Position numbers and translations under genes: made by a program
Assembly: GCA_013619145.1 (NCBI GenBank)
Contig: JABXKR010000309.1
Location: 2,744 to 66,743, forward strand
Length of the DNA stretch: 64,000 bases
Direction: 5' to 3'
DNA from: Psychromonas sp.
GTDB lineage: Bacteria; Pseudomonadota; Gammaproteobacteria; Enterobacterales; Psychromonadaceae
In this document: positions 40,468 to 51,538 of the stretch, one piece after another
Layout of the letters: each line of letters starts with the position of its first letter
Numbering within the stretch: position 1 is the stretch's first letter
Notes under the pieces: generated by a model
What the model was told of the DNA's origin: nothing
The model's input: the letters and a program-made list of their open reading frames with translations, nothing else
Databases searched by the model: none

Positions 40468-43008
40468 CTATTCTGTTAATTCAATAATTTTAATGGGCTG
40501 CGCTGACGCTTTGCTGCTTGGAAAACGCTGCTCTCGCTGAGTTGTAAATGACAGGCTGTTATCAAGCTCTTCACTGTTTGCAAAATGTTTAAAACGTTTC
40601 ATTTTTTCAGGGCTTTCAATGGTGGTTTTCCACTCACACTGATAATTTTTAATATTTTCCGCCATTTCTGATTCAAGCTCTTCTGCGATATTCAGCTTGT
40701 CTTCAATAATCACCTCTCTTAAATAATCCAAACCACCTTCAAGGTTTTCCAGCCATACAGAGGTGCGTTGCAGACGGTCGGCAGTGCGGATATAAAACAT
40801 CAGGAAACGATCCGTGTATTTTTGTAACATCTCATCAGTGAGATCTGTAGCAAACAGATCACCATGGCGAGGGCGCATACCGCCGTTACCACAGACATAC
40901 ATATTCCAGCCTTTATCTGTGGCAATCAGACCCACATCTTTAGTTTGCGCTTCAGCACATTCACGGGTACAGCCGGAGACACCAAATTTGATTTTATGAG
41001 GAGAGCGCAGACCTTTGTAACGGTTTTCTATTTCAATAGCGAAACCGACACTGTCTTTCACACCATAACGACACCAGGTGCTGCCGACACAAGATTTCAC
41101 GGTACGCAGAGACTTACCGTAAGCGTGGCCTGTTTCAAAACCCGCATCGATCAGTTTTTTCCAGATAATAGGCAGTTCATGCAGTTGTGCACCAAATAGA
41201 TCAACACGCTGGCCACCGGTTAATTTAGTATAAAGATCAAACTCTTTGGCAACGGAGCCTAATACGATAAGTTTATCCGGGGTGATCTCGCCACCAGCAA
41301 CACGCGGCACAACCGAGTAAGTACCATCTTTCTGCATATTGCCCAGATAGATATCATTGGTATCCTGCAGCTCGATATGCGCATCTTCAAGCACGTAATC
41401 ATTCCAGTAAGAGGCTAAAATTGAACCGACTGCAGGTTTACAAATTTCACAGCCTAAACCTTCACCGCACCTATTAAGCATCTCATCAAAGGTTTTGATC
41501 TTTTTAACACGGATAATGTCTACTAACTCATGGCGCGAATAGGCAAAATGCTCACAAATATCATTTTTAACTTCAAAACCTAAGTTTGCTAATTCACTAT
41601 CAAGAACTTGTTTTGCAAGTGATGAACAGCCGCCACAACCTGTTGATACGTTTGTTGAACCTTTAAGTTCAGACATGCTTGTGCAGCCCGCGGCAACGGC
41701 TTCTTTAATATCGCCTTTACTAACATCAAAACAGGAACAGATAGATGCGCTGTCCGGCAGGGCTTCAACCCCCAAACCGCTTGCTTGCTCATCCCCTGCA
41801 GTTGGTAAAATAAGCGCAGAGGGATTTTCAGGCAGATCCATATCATTAAGCATTAACTGCAGTAATGAACCGTAGGCTTCAACATCACCAACCAATACCG
41901 CGCCAACCACTTTTTTACCGTCAGCTGATACGATTAAACGTTTATAAACCTGCTCAATTTCATCATGGTATGTATAAGACTGTGCACCCGCTGTTCTTCC
42001 ATGTACTTCACCGATACTGGCTACATCAACCCCAAGCAGTTTCAGCTTGGTACTCATATCCGCGCCGGTAAAAACGTGTTTAGCTTCTCCCTTAATATGA
42101 GAGGCTGCCACTTTGGCCATTTGATAACCCGGTGCGACTAAACCAAAGATAAAGTTTTCCCATAACGCACATTCACCGATCGCATAAACATCTGCAACGC
42201 TGGTCTGGCAGTGGTTATTAATCACAATGCCGCCACGCTCACCAATGGTAAGTCCTGATGAACGTGCTAGCTCATCTTGCGGACGAATACCTGCAGAAAA
42301 AATGATAGTGTCTGTTTCTAAAAAGCTACCATCGGCAAAATTCATACGGTAACGACAGAACTCACCCGCAACAATTTCACTGGTCGCTTTCTCGGTATGT
42401 ACTTTTACACCCAGATCTTCAATCTTGCGACGTAATAAAGCACCACCGCCATCATCTAACTGCACCGCCATTAAACGAGGCGCAAACTCAACAATATGCG
42501 TTTCTAAGCCTAAATTAACTAACGCATTACCCGCTTCAAGACCGAGCAGTCCGCCACCGATAACAACGCCAACCTTGCTGGTTTTTCCTGATTCTGTGAT
42601 ACCTTCAAGATCATCAATCGTACGGTATACATGGCAATGCTCCTGATCGTTGCCAGGAATAGGCGGCACAAAAGGAAATGAACCTGTAGCAAGTACCAGT
42701 TTATCGTAATCTTCAATACGCCCGCTTTGCGTAACAACCTGTTTATTAGCAAAATCTAAGTCAACCACTTTATCGTTAAGTACAAATTTAATGCCATTTT
42801 CCTGGTAGTAAGTTGCATCCGTCAGTGCCAGATCATCTGCACTTTTACCGGAAAAGAAATAACTTAATTGCACACGATCATAAGCAAGACGGGACTCTTC
42901 TGAAAAAGTGATCACCTCATAATCAACGCTGTCATCACTGATAATGGTATCAATAAATTTGTGGCCTACCATGCCGTTGCCAACTACAATAATTCGTTGT
43001 TTGCTCAT
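40468..43008 (-). CDS. nirB: NADH-dependent nitrite reductase large subunit
   Basis: VVGNGMVG, GGGLLGLE, NMQKDGTYSVVPR, KSCVGSTWCR, SGCTRECAE. Confidence 0.98.
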   Translation of the reverse strand: MSKQRIIVVGNGMVGHKFIDTIISDDSVDYEVITFSEESRLAYDRVQLSYFFSGKSADDLALTDATYYQENGIKFVLNDKVVDLDFANKQVVTQSGRIEDYDKLVLATGSFPFVPPIPGNDQEHCHVYRTIDDLEGITESGKTSKVGVVIGGGLLGLEAGNALVNLGLETHIVEFAPRLMAVQLDDGGGALLRRKIEDLGVKVHTEKATSEIVAGEFCRYRMNFADGSFLETDTIIFSAGIRPQDELARSSGLTIGERGGIVINNHCQTSVADVYAIGECALWENFIFGLVAPGYQMAKVAASHIKGEAKHVFTGADMSTKLKLLGVDVASIGEVHGRTAGAQSYTYHDEIEQVYKRLIVSADGKKVVGAVLVGDVEAYGSLLQLMLNDMDLPENPSALILPTAGDEQASGLGVEALPDSASICSCFDVSKGDIKEAVAAGCTSMSELKGSTNVSTGCGGCSSLAKQVLDSELANLGFEVKNDICEHFAYSRHELVDIIRVKKIKTFDEMLNRCGEGLGCEICKPAVGSILASYWNDYVLEDAHIELQDTNDIYLGNMQKDGTYSVVPRVAGGEITPDKLIVLGSVAKEFDLYTKLTGGQRVDLFGAQLHELPIIWKKLIDAGFETGHAYGKSLRTVKSCVGSTWCRYGVKDSVGFAIEIENRYKGLRSPHKIKFGVSGCTRECAEAQTKDVGLIATDKGWNMYVCGNGGMRPRHGDLFATDLTDEMLQKYTDRFLMFYIRTADRLQRTSVWLENLEGGLDYLREVIIEDKLNIAEELESEMAENIKNYQCEWKTTIESPEKMKRFKHFANSEELDNSLSFTTQREQRFPSSKASAQPIKIIELTE

Positions 43009-43044
43009 AATAGTTATTTCCTTTGTTTTAAAATTTGTTCAGTT

Positions 43045-43917
43045 TTAAGCTGATAATTGATTAATAACACTGTCTATACAGTTCTGTTGCTGAACCCACT
43101 GCAGCTGCTCGGCAAGCGCTACCACTTTTCCGACCATGATTAACGACGGGGATTTGATTTGATGTTTTGCTACCAGGGAAGCGAGTTGGTTGATATCTCC
43201 TGTTATCACGCGTTGTTGTGGGCAACAGCCATTTTCAATAACGGCTACCGGAGTAGTTTTAGCAAGGCCAGCTTGTATTAGCTGTGTTTCAATCATCAGT
43301 ACTTTGCTTAATCCCATATAAAATACCAGGGTATGATCCAGCTTTGCTAAGGCTTGCCATTGAATATCCAGCTCTTTTTCTGCATGGGCGGTAACAAAAG
43401 TACAACCTTGTGCAAGGCCCCGATGGGTAAGCGGAATACCGGCATAACTGCTGCAACCAGCAGCGGCGGTAATCCCCGGCACAATCTGCACTTCAATGCC
43501 CTGCTTCTTCAGCAACAGCATCTCTTCACCACCACGGCCAAATACAAAGGCATCTCCCCCCTTTAGTCGGCAGACAGTTAAACCTTGTCGCGATTTTTCT
43601 ATTAAAAGCTGGTTAATATCAGATTGGCTATAACTGTGATCGCCTTTGATTTTACCGACATACAAGGTTTCAGCATCTCTTGGAAAAAGCTGGCGAATCT
43701 CCTGACTGACTAAGTTGTCATAAATAATAACGTCCGACTGCTCTATCACTCGAAGCGCTTTAAGGGTAAGAAGATCAGGATCTCCGGGACCGGCTCCCAC
43801 CAATGAAACCATTCCCAACTGACAATGATTTTTGCTGTTGATAGAAATTGTTTTTTTGGGACGGATATCGCTTGATGTGAAAGTCACAACAGCACTTTTA
43901 CTCTTTTCAAAAACCAT
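43045..43917 (-). CDS. cobA: Uroporphyrinogen-III C-methyltransferase
   Basis: LVGAGPGDPDLLT, RLKGGDAFVFGRGGEE, VPGITAA. Confidence 0.93.
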   Translation of the reverse strand: MVFEKSKSAVVTFTSSDIRPKKTISINSKNHCQLGMVSLVGAGPGDPDLLTLKALRVIEQSDVIIYDNLVSQEIRQLFPRDAETLYVGKIKGDHSYSQSDINQLLIEKSRQGLTVCRLKGGDAFVFGRGGEEMLLLKKQGIEVQIVPGITAAAGCSSYAGIPLTHRGLAQGCTFVTAHAEKELDIQWQALAKLDHTLVFYMGLSKVLMIETQLIQAGLAKTTPVAVIENGCCPQQRVITGDINQLASLVAKHQIKSPSLIMVGKVVALAEQLQWVQQQNCIDSVINQLSA

Positions 43918-43986
43918 AAGCTAACCCTTGATAAGATTGTTACAGCCCCGTTTAAATATTGTTAACAAAGCCTTTAGCAACGTTAT

Positions 43987-44002
43987 TGCAAAGGCAGTGC
44001 CA
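43987..44002 (-). promoter_or_regulatory. Sigma54 promoter of the cobA-nirBD-narK operon
   Basis: Minus strand TGGCAC-TGCCT-TTGCA, consensus match. Confidence 0.85.
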
Positions 44003-44122
44003 ATAGCATATATTTATCTACAACAAAAACAATAAATAGTTAATATTCAATAAGTTATACCGAACAACATCTGAACAGACAAAAAATAAACGAGTGCTTC
44101 AGAGCCTTATTTGTTTAATAAA

Positions 44123-44161
44123 TGTGATCTTTTAGTGCGTATTGCACCAAAATAAAGCGCA
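44123..44161. promoter_or_regulatory. NtrC-like sites between divergent sigma54 promoters
   Basis: TGCACCAAAATAAAGCG at 44143 and a TTAGTGCG half site just upstream. Confidence 0.5.
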
Positions 44162-44298
44162 ATAACTCACTTTGTTCTCCTTTATGATTTAACAGAACCA
44201 TTGCAGGCATTTTCCTTAGCACTTAAAACATTACTTACCAGTTGATTTAAAAGGAAAAAACAAAAGCAACAAGATTAATATTTACAATTAACCGAACT

Positions 44299-44314
44299 TG
44301 GTGCGCTCTTTGCT
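44299..44314 (+). promoter_or_regulatory. Sigma54 promoter of nasA
   Basis: TGGTGCGCTCTTTGCT, GG-N10-GC, 45 bp before the ATG. Confidence 0.65.
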
Positions 44315-44358
44315 CTATATAAAAGAAGAGAGAAAAATTACAGCTATAGAGAGGGCAC

Positions 44359-47052
44359 ATGACAATAGAAAAAAGCTTATGGACAAAAACAACCTGTGCA
44401 TATTGTGGTGTGGGTTGCGGTGTTGAAGCCAAGGTAAACAGTAAAGGCTTGCTTGATATTCGCGGTGATAAACAGCACCCCTCAAATTATGGACGCTTGT
44501 GCTCGAAAGGTTTAGCGCTCGGTGAAACAGTAAGCCACGAGGGCCGGTTATTACACCCGAGTATTGATGGTGTTAATACAGATTGGAACAATGCATTAAG
44601 CCATGTCGCCACGCAGTTTTCAAAAATTATAGCCGAACATGGGCCTGATTCGGTTGCATTTTATGCTTCCGGACAACTGCTCACTGAAGATTATTATGTC
44701 GCCAATAAACTGATGAAAGGTTTTATCGGTAGCGGCAATATCGATACCAATTCTAGGCTGTGTATGTCATCAACCGTCGCAGGACATAAACGCGCCTTTG
44801 GCAGTGATACCGTACCAGTCTGTTATCAAGATATTGAAAAAACGGATATGGTGGTAATTACCGGATCTAATCTAGCCTGGTGTCACCCGGTGTTATTTCA
44901 ACGTTTAAAAGCGGCAAAAGAGCAGCGTCCGGAGCTGTTTATTGTAGTTATCGACCCGCGTAAAACTGATACCTGTGCTATTGCAGATCTGCATCTGCCG
45001 ATCCAGCCCGGCTCTGATGTGGCGCTATTTAATGGCTTATTAGCTTATCTTGCCGAGCATAAAAAAATAGATAACGATTATATAAACAGATATAGCCAGG
45101 GTTTTGCAGCGGCGCTGGCAAGTGCAATTAAAGAGTGCGCCGACCGGAATGAGCTGCTTAATAGACTGGCAGTTAATGAGCAGGATCTTAACTCCTTCTA
45201 CCATAAATTTTCCAATACAGAAAAAGTAGTGACCATTTACTCTCAAGGGGTCAACCAATCTTCGCAAGGCACGGATAAAGTTAACAGTATTTTAAACTGC
45301 CATCTTGCGACCGGTCGTATAGGTAAAGAGGGAACGGGACCATTTTCAGTTACAGGTCAACCTAATGCGATGGGAGGCCGGGAGGTCGGTGGCCTTGCCA
45401 ATACGCTGGCGGCGCATATGGAGTTTGGCAATCAAGGCGATCATAATTTAATCAGTGATTTTTGGAAGACAGATAATTTGGCCAGCTCACCCGGCCTGAA
45501 AGCAATCGATCTGTTTGATGCTATCCACGATGGAAAAATTAAAGCAGTATGGATAATGGCTACCAACCCTGTGGTGAGTTTGCCAAACAGCAGAAAAACA
45601 GTAGAAGCATTAAAAAAATGTCCATTAGTGGTGGTTTCTGACTGCATCAAAGATACAGCGACAACGCGACTTGCCAATGTGTTATTGCCCGCGCAAGGAT
45701 GGAGTGAAAAATCAGGTACAGTGACCAATTCAGAACGGCGCATCTCACGACAACGTCGACTTTTAGCCAGCCCAGGAGAAGCAAAAGCTGATTGGTGGAT
45801 TATCAGTGAAGTAGGCAAACGGATGGGGTTTGCCAGTGCCTTTAATTATCTTCATGAAGGTGAGGTGTTTGTTGAATATGCAAAAATGACCACGCTGGGT
45901 AATAAAAACGGGTTAACTCGCGATCTTAATTTAATCGGTTTAACGCTATTAGATGCGCAAGGATACAGCCAACTGACACCGCAACAATGGCCGGTAAAAA
46001 TGGTGCAGAATTCCACTGTTCAGCAGAGAATGTTTACCGATAATCTTTTTTTTACTGCCAATAAAAAAGCGCAGTTTATTGCGGTTACGCATAAGAAACC
46101 GCTGAATTCCTGCGATCAGAGCTATCCATTGCAGCTTAACAGCGGACGCATTCGCGATCACTGGCATACTATGACCCGAACAGGACTTTCCAGCCGCCTG
46201 GGCGCTCATATAACGGAGCCCTTTGTTTCGATCCACCCTAAAGACGCCCAGAAAACACAGTTAATTAACGGTGATCTGGTTGAAGTTAGCAGTGCAAGCG
46301 GCTCTGTATTAGTACGCGCATCGGTCTGCAAGTCGGTTAGTCAGGGACAACTGTTTATCCCTATTCACTGGAATCAAACAACCGCAAGTAAAGCCAATGT
46401 CTGCGCTTTAATTAAAGCCAATACCGATCTTAATTCCGGGCAGCCTGAATTTAAATCTACACCAGTAAAAGTAACGAAATGGAGTTATAACAGCGAAGCA
46501 CTATTTTTATGCAGGCAGCCTGTTGAGCTTGCTGAATTTGCTTACTGGGTGAAACAAAAAGTTGCCGACGGTTACCTGTATCACATCGCAGATATTATGT
46601 CTCCGCCGGAGTTAAGGGGTAAATTAGCAAACTTAATCGCAAACCATAACGGTAAAAACCTCAATTATTCCACCAGCAGTAACAGCGAGAAACCACTGTA
46701 TCGCTATGCCAATATCCAGGAACAAAAAGTAGTCTGTGCATATATCCTTGCTGATAATCTGCAAAATCAAGCATTGGATTGGATGCAGAGTTTATTAAGT
46801 GTCACGCTCGATCTGACCATTGAACGTTCGATTATATCGGGATTGATAGAGGGGCAATTAGCACAAGGGAAAATATTATGTGCCTGTAAGCAAGTGGGTG
46901 ATAATATTATCAAAGAGGCGATACAAGAGCAGAAATTAGAGTCTGTTGAAGCCATTGGAAAATGCACTGGCGCAGGAACAGGTTGCGGAAGTTGCCTGCC
47001 TGATATTGAAGATCTGCTAAGCGATCATTCTCTTAGTTATAGCGCAGTATAA
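44359..47052 (+). CDS. nasA: Assimilatory nitrate reductase catalytic subunit
   Basis: TTCAYCGVGCG, DTNSRLCMSS, GQPNAMGGREVG, C-terminal CAC..CGSC BFD-like cluster. Confidence 0.95.
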   Translation: MTIEKSLWTKTTCAYCGVGCGVEAKVNSKGLLDIRGDKQHPSNYGRLCSKGLALGETVSHEGRLLHPSIDGVNTDWNNALSHVATQFSKIIAEHGPDSVAFYASGQLLTEDYYVANKLMKGFIGSGNIDTNSRLCMSSTVAGHKRAFGSDTVPVCYQDIEKTDMVVITGSNLAWCHPVLFQRLKAAKEQRPELFIVVIDPRKTDTCAIADLHLPIQPGSDVALFNGLLAYLAEHKKIDNDYINRYSQGFAAALASAIKECADRNELLNRLAVNEQDLNSFYHKFSNTEKVVTIYSQGVNQSSQGTDKVNSILNCHLATGRIGKEGTGPFSVTGQPNAMGGREVGGLANTLAAHMEFGNQGDHNLISDFWKTDNLASSPGLKAIDLFDAIHDGKIKAVWIMATNPVVSLPNSRKTVEALKKCPLVVVSDCIKDTATTRLANVLLPAQGWSEKSGTVTNSERRISRQRRLLASPGEAKADWWIISEVGKRMGFASAFNYLHEGEVFVEYAKMTTLGNKNGLTRDLNLIGLTLLDAQGYSQLTPQQWPVKMVQNSTVQQRMFTDNLFFTANKKAQFIAVTHKKPLNSCDQSYPLQLNSGRIRDHWHTMTRTGLSSRLGAHITEPFVSIHPKDAQKTQLINGDLVEVSSASGSVLVRASVCKSVSQGQLFIPIHWNQTTASKANVCALIKANTDLNSGQPEFKSTPVKVTKWSYNSEALFLCRQPVELAEFAYWVKQKVADGYLYHIADIMSPPELRGKLANLIANHNGKNLNYSTSSNSEKPLYRYANIQEQKVVCAYILADNLQNQALDWMQSLLSVTLDLTIERSIISGLIEGQLAQGKILCACKQVGDNIIKEAIQEQKLESVEAIGKCTGAGTGCGSCLPDIEDLLSDHSLSYSAV

Positions 47053-47361
47053 AGCTGTTTATATAGTACGGCTCTATGATGCGCATCTGTAATCACATTG
47101 CAGCTGTTTAATAACAGATTAGTTATGAGTTAGATGATTACGATATTTCCTTTTTAAGGATAGTTACCGAGATAATAGCGCTATCGATTAGCAGCAGGGA
47201 ATCAAGATGCCTATTAATAAACTAATAATTACTGCAGTTTTACTTTGCATACTGCTGTCACTATTTACCAGCGGATTACTCTCGGCAACCCTGGATTTAT
47301 GCGCCTTTACTTTATTAATTATTTATCTGTTCAGGCACCAGCAAAGTAAACAGGAATAAGG

Positions 47362-48309
47362 TTACATTATTAGCTGGATATAAAACAGCGAGCAACTGGC
47401 AATGATCACCCAGAGCAAAATACCCAATACAAGGGGTTTAACACCCGCCTCTTTTATTTTTTGAAAAGTGATGCCTGAGCCAATCAGGAATAAACAAAGT
47501 ACCAGCGTCTGTTTCGATGCTGTAAAAATGCCCTGATAGAGAGAGGTGAAATCAGGCAGAAAATGGGCTGTCAAAATAGCCAAACAATAAAAAAGTATAA
47601 ACAAAGGGATAGTGATTTTTTTACTGTCACCTTTAAATAATAACGCACTGATAAACGCAACCGGAATAATCCACAACGCGCGCGCAAGCTTAAGGGTGGT
47701 TGCTGTTAATAGCGCCTCATCTCCATAAGCTGCTGCAGCCCCGACCACTGATGATGTATCGTGAATGGCGATAGCACTCCACACCCCAAAAGCATGCTGG
47801 CTCATATTAAGCAGATGCCCGATCAGTGGAAAAACAAACAGCGCCACTGAATTAAGAATAAAAACAACCGCTAACGCAAGCGATGTTTGATTGCCTTTGG
47901 CGTTAATGGCTGGCGCTACAGCTGCAATTGCACTGCCACCGCAAATTGCGGTACCGGATGCGATTAAATGCCCGGTTTTCCGGTCAATGCGTAATACTTT
48001 AGTCAGCATCCAGCCAACAATTAAGGTACCGAAAATAGAGATTAAAATCAGCCCTATTCCCTCTTTACTCGCGCTAATAGCTTGCTCTAAGTTAATGCCA
48101 AACCCTAAACCGATAATCGAATAAGAAAGCATTTTTTTTGTTAACTGATTAATATCGATATGCTGTGGAACAAGTCCGAGTGTGACAAGCGTAAAGCCAA
48201 GCACTAATGCGATCGGGGAAGAGATGAGCGGCGTTAAACACAGGACTGCCACTGCAATAAAGATCAAATCACGTTTTTGCCATTTAGAATTTGCTAATAA
48301 GTCATGCAT
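47362..48309 (-). CDS. YeiH family putative sulfate exporter
   Basis: [31 protein letters not shown]. Confidence 0.9.
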   Translation of the reverse strand: MHDLLANSKWQKRDLIFIAVAVLCLTPLISSPIALVLGFTLVTLGLVPQHIDINQLTKKMLSYSIIGLGFGINLEQAISASKEGIGLILISIFGTLIVGWMLTKVLRIDRKTGHLIASGTAICGGSAIAAVAPAINAKGNQTSLALAVVFILNSVALFVFPLIGHLLNMSQHAFGVWSAIAIHDTSSVVGAAAAYGDEALLTATTLKLARALWIIPVAFISALLFKGDSKKITIPLFILFYCLAILTAHFLPDFTSLYQGIFTASKQTLVLCLFLIGSGITFQKIKEAGVKPLVLGILLWVIIASCSLFYIQLIM

Positions 48310-48453
48310 AGTACACCTCGCTTGTAACGAGTTTGTATTGTAACGCAGCTAGTAGTATTCAGTATATTCGAATACCGTTAACAACTCGTTAAGCAATACT
48401 TAACGAGCAACATAAATAAACCGCCGCAAAATAAATGCATAGTATGACTTAAG

Positions 48454-49002
48454 TTAATCACGCCACTTAATCGAGCACCCCATGCTCGGGGATTGTTTTT
48501 CTGGGCCTTTTCCTGTTTGTGCTATTTGACGCATTGCATTAACTAATTCAGGCGCGCGCTTGCTAGCATCCCCCATATTGGCATCATCTAGTCGGCCGCG
48601 GTATTGCAGCTCACCATGCCGGTTAAAACCAAAAAAGTCTGGGGTGCAGATGGCATTATATTGTTTACCAATGCTTTGTGTTTCATCGACTAAGTAGGGA
48701 AATGTAAAACCATATTGCTGAGCAAACTTTTTCATGTTTTCCGGATTATCAGCTTCCACCACCTGATAATCATTGGACATAATGGCTAATACGTTAATAC
48801 CTTCAGCCATTAGTTGTTTGCTATCTTCAGCCAGGCGTTGTGCAATACGCTGCACATAAGGGCAGTGATTGCAGATAAACATAATAAGCAGGCCTTTATC
48901 ACCTAAATATTCAGACATCACAAAGTCTTCACCATCGGCATTTTTTAATGTGAAATCAGGGGCTTTCCAGCCAAAATCACAAATAGGAGTATCCAGTAGC
49001 AT
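48454..49002 (-). CDS. Thioredoxin / AhpC-TSA family protein
   Basis: MFICNHCPYV, ICTPDFF, YRGRLDD, SMGCSIKW. Confidence 0.9.
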   Translation of the reverse strand: MLLDTPICDFGWKAPDFTLKNADGEDFVMSEYLGDKGLLIMFICNHCPYVQRIAQRLAEDSKQLMAEGINVLAIMSNDYQVVEADNPENMKKFAQQYGFTFPYLVDETQSIGKQYNAICTPDFFGFNRHGELQYRGRLDDANMGDASKRAPELVNAMRQIAQTGKGPEKQSPSMGCSIKWRD

Positions 49003-49084
49003 GTTAAATTTCTCCACAATAAATAAACGCCGAATTATTCAATTCAGCGCTTGGGTGATTATTGATAAGCTAAGTTGCTATCCA

Positions 49085-49741
49085 TTATAACACTTGCAGT
49101 ACGGCTTCTTGGTTTAAGCGTGATTTAGGTAAGTTGAGGTTATAATCCTCTTCATTGTGGTGATAACCAATAGCTAACGCCACATCACAAACATAACCAC
49201 CTAACTCTTGAGCAAACATTTCGCTGATCATTTCACTGTCTATACCTTCCATTGTGGTGGAGTCAATACCAAGGCGTGCCAGAGTATGTAGTGTGTTACC
49301 GAGTGCCAAATAGGTTTGCGCTTTAGTCCAAGTCGCATTATTGCCAATTTCGTCGGTATTTAAATCTACAAATGCAAATGCACCGAAGGCTTGCTCTCGT
49401 TGTTGTTCAGTGCTGCGTTTTGCGGCAATATCCTGGTCAATTACTCTGCCATAATCTTCACGCTTATATTGCGGGTTATGGGCAAATAAAATGATATGCG
49501 AAGCAGCTTTAATATGTGGCTGATTAAATTGAAACTTGTTGGCAAAAGTATCATGCAGTCGCTGTTTAGCTTGGTCACTTTCAATGATAATAAACTTCCA
49601 TGGCTGCGAGTTAATTGAAGAAGCAGATAAACGCATGGCTTGATAAATTACTTCGAGATCCTGTGCTGATACACGTTTGCATGGATCATATCTTTTTGCG
49701 GTATAACGTTTTTCTAAATCAGCAATAATAGGGTGTGTCAT
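49085..49741 (-). CDS. Nitroreductase family protein (NfsB-like)
   Basis: RYTAKRYD, SASSINSQPWKF, DSTTMEG, PKSRL. Confidence 0.92.
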   Translation of the reverse strand: MTHPIIADLEKRYTAKRYDPCKRVSAQDLEVIYQAMRLSASSINSQPWKFIIIESDQAKQRLHDTFANKFQFNQPHIKAASHIILFAHNPQYKREDYGRVIDQDIAAKRSTEQQREQAFGAFAFVDLNTDEIGNNATWTKAQTYLALGNTLHTLARLGIDSTTMEGIDSEMISEMFAQELGGYVCDVALAIGYHHNEEDYNLNLPKSRLNQEAVLQVL

Positions 49742-49800
49742 GTTTGTTCTCCAATTAATCAAAGGCAGCCACGCAAGTAGCAGCTAATTAGCACTTTAAG

Positions 49801-50091
49801 TTAAGCGATTTTAGTCATTTCACTTAAGGTAAACTCTGCAACAGCCCCTTCAGTCGCTGCCATGTAATCTGCCAGGTGTTGGTTCGCCATATGTGCTTGC
49901 CATAACTCACGTGATATCCAGCTTTCATAAAAAGTAAAGTGTCCAGGGTTTTCATTATCTTGGTGTAAGTCGTATTGCAGGCAACCCTGCTCAGCGCGAG
50001 TAATATCAATCAGTTTTAATAACTCCGCTTTTACTAGCTCAATTTTGTCATTGTTAGCAGTAATATTGGCAACGATAGTTAATGTAGTCAT
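49801..50091 (-). CDS. Putative quinol / ABM-family monooxygenase
   Basis: TRAEQGCLQYDLHQD, FYESW, AHM. Confidence 0.9.
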   Translation of the reverse strand: MTTLTIVANITANNDKIELVKAELLKLIDITRAEQGCLQYDLHQDNENPGHFTFYESWISRELWQAHMANQHLADYMAATEGAVAEFTLSEMTKIA

Positions 50092-50171
50092 GAAAATATC
50101 CTTTAAATGTGTGTTTATGTTGATGCAAAGAATAATAGCGCTTGTTTTTATTTTCATAAACAGGGTAATAT

Positions 50172-50186
50172 TTGAAACATTATCAA
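50172..50186. promoter_or_regulatory. LysR-type operator
   Basis: TTGA-AACATTA-TCAA palindrome between the LysR gene and its divergent operon. Confidence 0.5.
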
Positions 50187-50202
50187 AAAATATTTGAATA
50201 TA

Positions 50203-51132
50203 ATGTTATTAGAAGACTTACAAGTTATATTAAAAGTAGCGGAGTTTCGCAGTATTACTGCCGCGGCCGAGAATTTAGATATGCGCACAGCTACCGCCAG
50301 TGTGGCGGTTAAACGGGTGGAGAAGGCTTTAGGTATTGAGCTGTTTATTCGTACGACGCGACAGCTGCGTCTTTCTAGCGCGGGCGAACGATATATTCCG
50401 CAATGTCAGCAGGCCCTGCTGATGTTAAATAATGCCAAGCGCGATATGCAAGATGAGCTGGATATTGTTGATGGTGAATTACGCATTGCCGTGTCATCGG
50501 ATCTCGGGCGCAATATGGTGTTACCTTGGTTGGATGAATTTATGGAAAAGTATCCCAAGGTCAGTTTAAGGGTGAGTATTAGTGACACTAATATCGATTT
50601 TTACCGTGATGCGGTGGACATTGCATTACGTTATGGCTCACCAACGGATGCAAGCCTTTATGGTTTTAAGGTTTGTGATGTACCTGGTGTATTGTGCGCC
50701 AGTCCCTCTTATCTGGAAAAACATGGTACTCCAAAACACCCCAATGAGTTAGTTACACATAATGGGCTTTTCTATCAGATGTACGAGGTTGTTTATGATC
50801 ACTGGCAATTCTCGAAAAATAACGCAGATTTTAAAATCAAAATGAGCAGCAACCGCATTGCTAATGATGCTGATTTAGTCAGGCGCTGGTGTGTGGCGGG
50901 CCATGGTTTAGCGGCTAAGTCTTGTTTAGATATGTCGTCAGATCTGTTATCAGGAAAACTAGTGAATGTGCTGCCAGACTTTAAACCGCGTCCCACGGAG
51001 TTATGGTTGGTTTGTCCAAGTAAGCAATCAATTACCCCTGCGGTACGTTTGCTGCGAGATATGTTTAGAGAAAAGTGTAAGCAGATTTTAGAGCAGCTTG
51101 TGAATAAGGGTATTTTAGATAAAAACACATAG
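50203..51132 (+). CDS. LysR family regulator
   Basis: SITAAAENL, LFIRTTRQLRLS, VDIALRYG. Confidence 0.95.
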   Translation: MLLEDLQVILKVAEFRSITAAAENLDMRTATASVAVKRVEKALGIELFIRTTRQLRLSSAGERYIPQCQQALLMLNNAKRDMQDELDIVDGELRIAVSSDLGRNMVLPWLDEFMEKYPKVSLRVSISDTNIDFYRDAVDIALRYGSPTDASLYGFKVCDVPGVLCASPSYLEKHGTPKHPNELVTHNGLFYQMYEVVYDHWQFSKNNADFKIKMSSNRIANDADLVRRWCVAGHGLAAKSCLDMSSDLLSGKLVNVLPDFKPRPTELWLVCPSKQSITPAVRLLRDMFREKCKQILEQLVNKGILDKNT

Positions 51133-51410
51133 CACTTTGACTAAAATTGCATATTACCATCCATGCCGATCACCTAATAACATTCATGCCGAGCACTTTT
51201 GGCTTAAATAATATTGAGTGAACGACTGAAATGTTATGAAAACAACAACTTTGAACATCCAAACTATTCAGCAAACTTAACAAAAAGAAAGGATTCCCTT
51301 CCATTTTTATTGTGATGAATAAATGCCTTAGCAAGGAAAATCATGGGGCGAATTGAACGGTAGTTCAGGCTTATGAGCGGGCTAAGCTCCGCGTGCCCTT
51401 CTTTTTCCTA

Positions 51411-51444
51411 ATCTCAGTCAGTACATGGATGTACTGTCTGAGAT
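51411..51444. repeat. Palindrome with GTACATGGATGTAC core
   Basis: ATCTCAGTCAGTACATGGATGTACTGTCTGAGAT; same core as 33615-33638. Confidence 0.55.
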
Positions 51445-51477
51445 GGTGCGTTAAAAAGCGGTTGATCAGCGCGAGAA

Positions 51478-51506
51478 TAAAAAAAGGCAAACGTAATTGT
51501 TTGCCT
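51478..51506 (-). terminator. glmS terminator
   Basis: AGGCAAAC / GTTTGCCT stem with a T run on the minus strand. Confidence 0.8.
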
Positions 51507-51538
51507 ATATTAGCTATGGCCTAAACCTACAACAAAAG

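Noticed and set aside
51133-51538. Tn7-like insertion at attTn7 downstream of glmS
   Set aside because: Terminator is intact, there is no clear TGT end with repeated TnsB sites and no tns genes; the CATGCCGA pair near 51160-51195 is too weak
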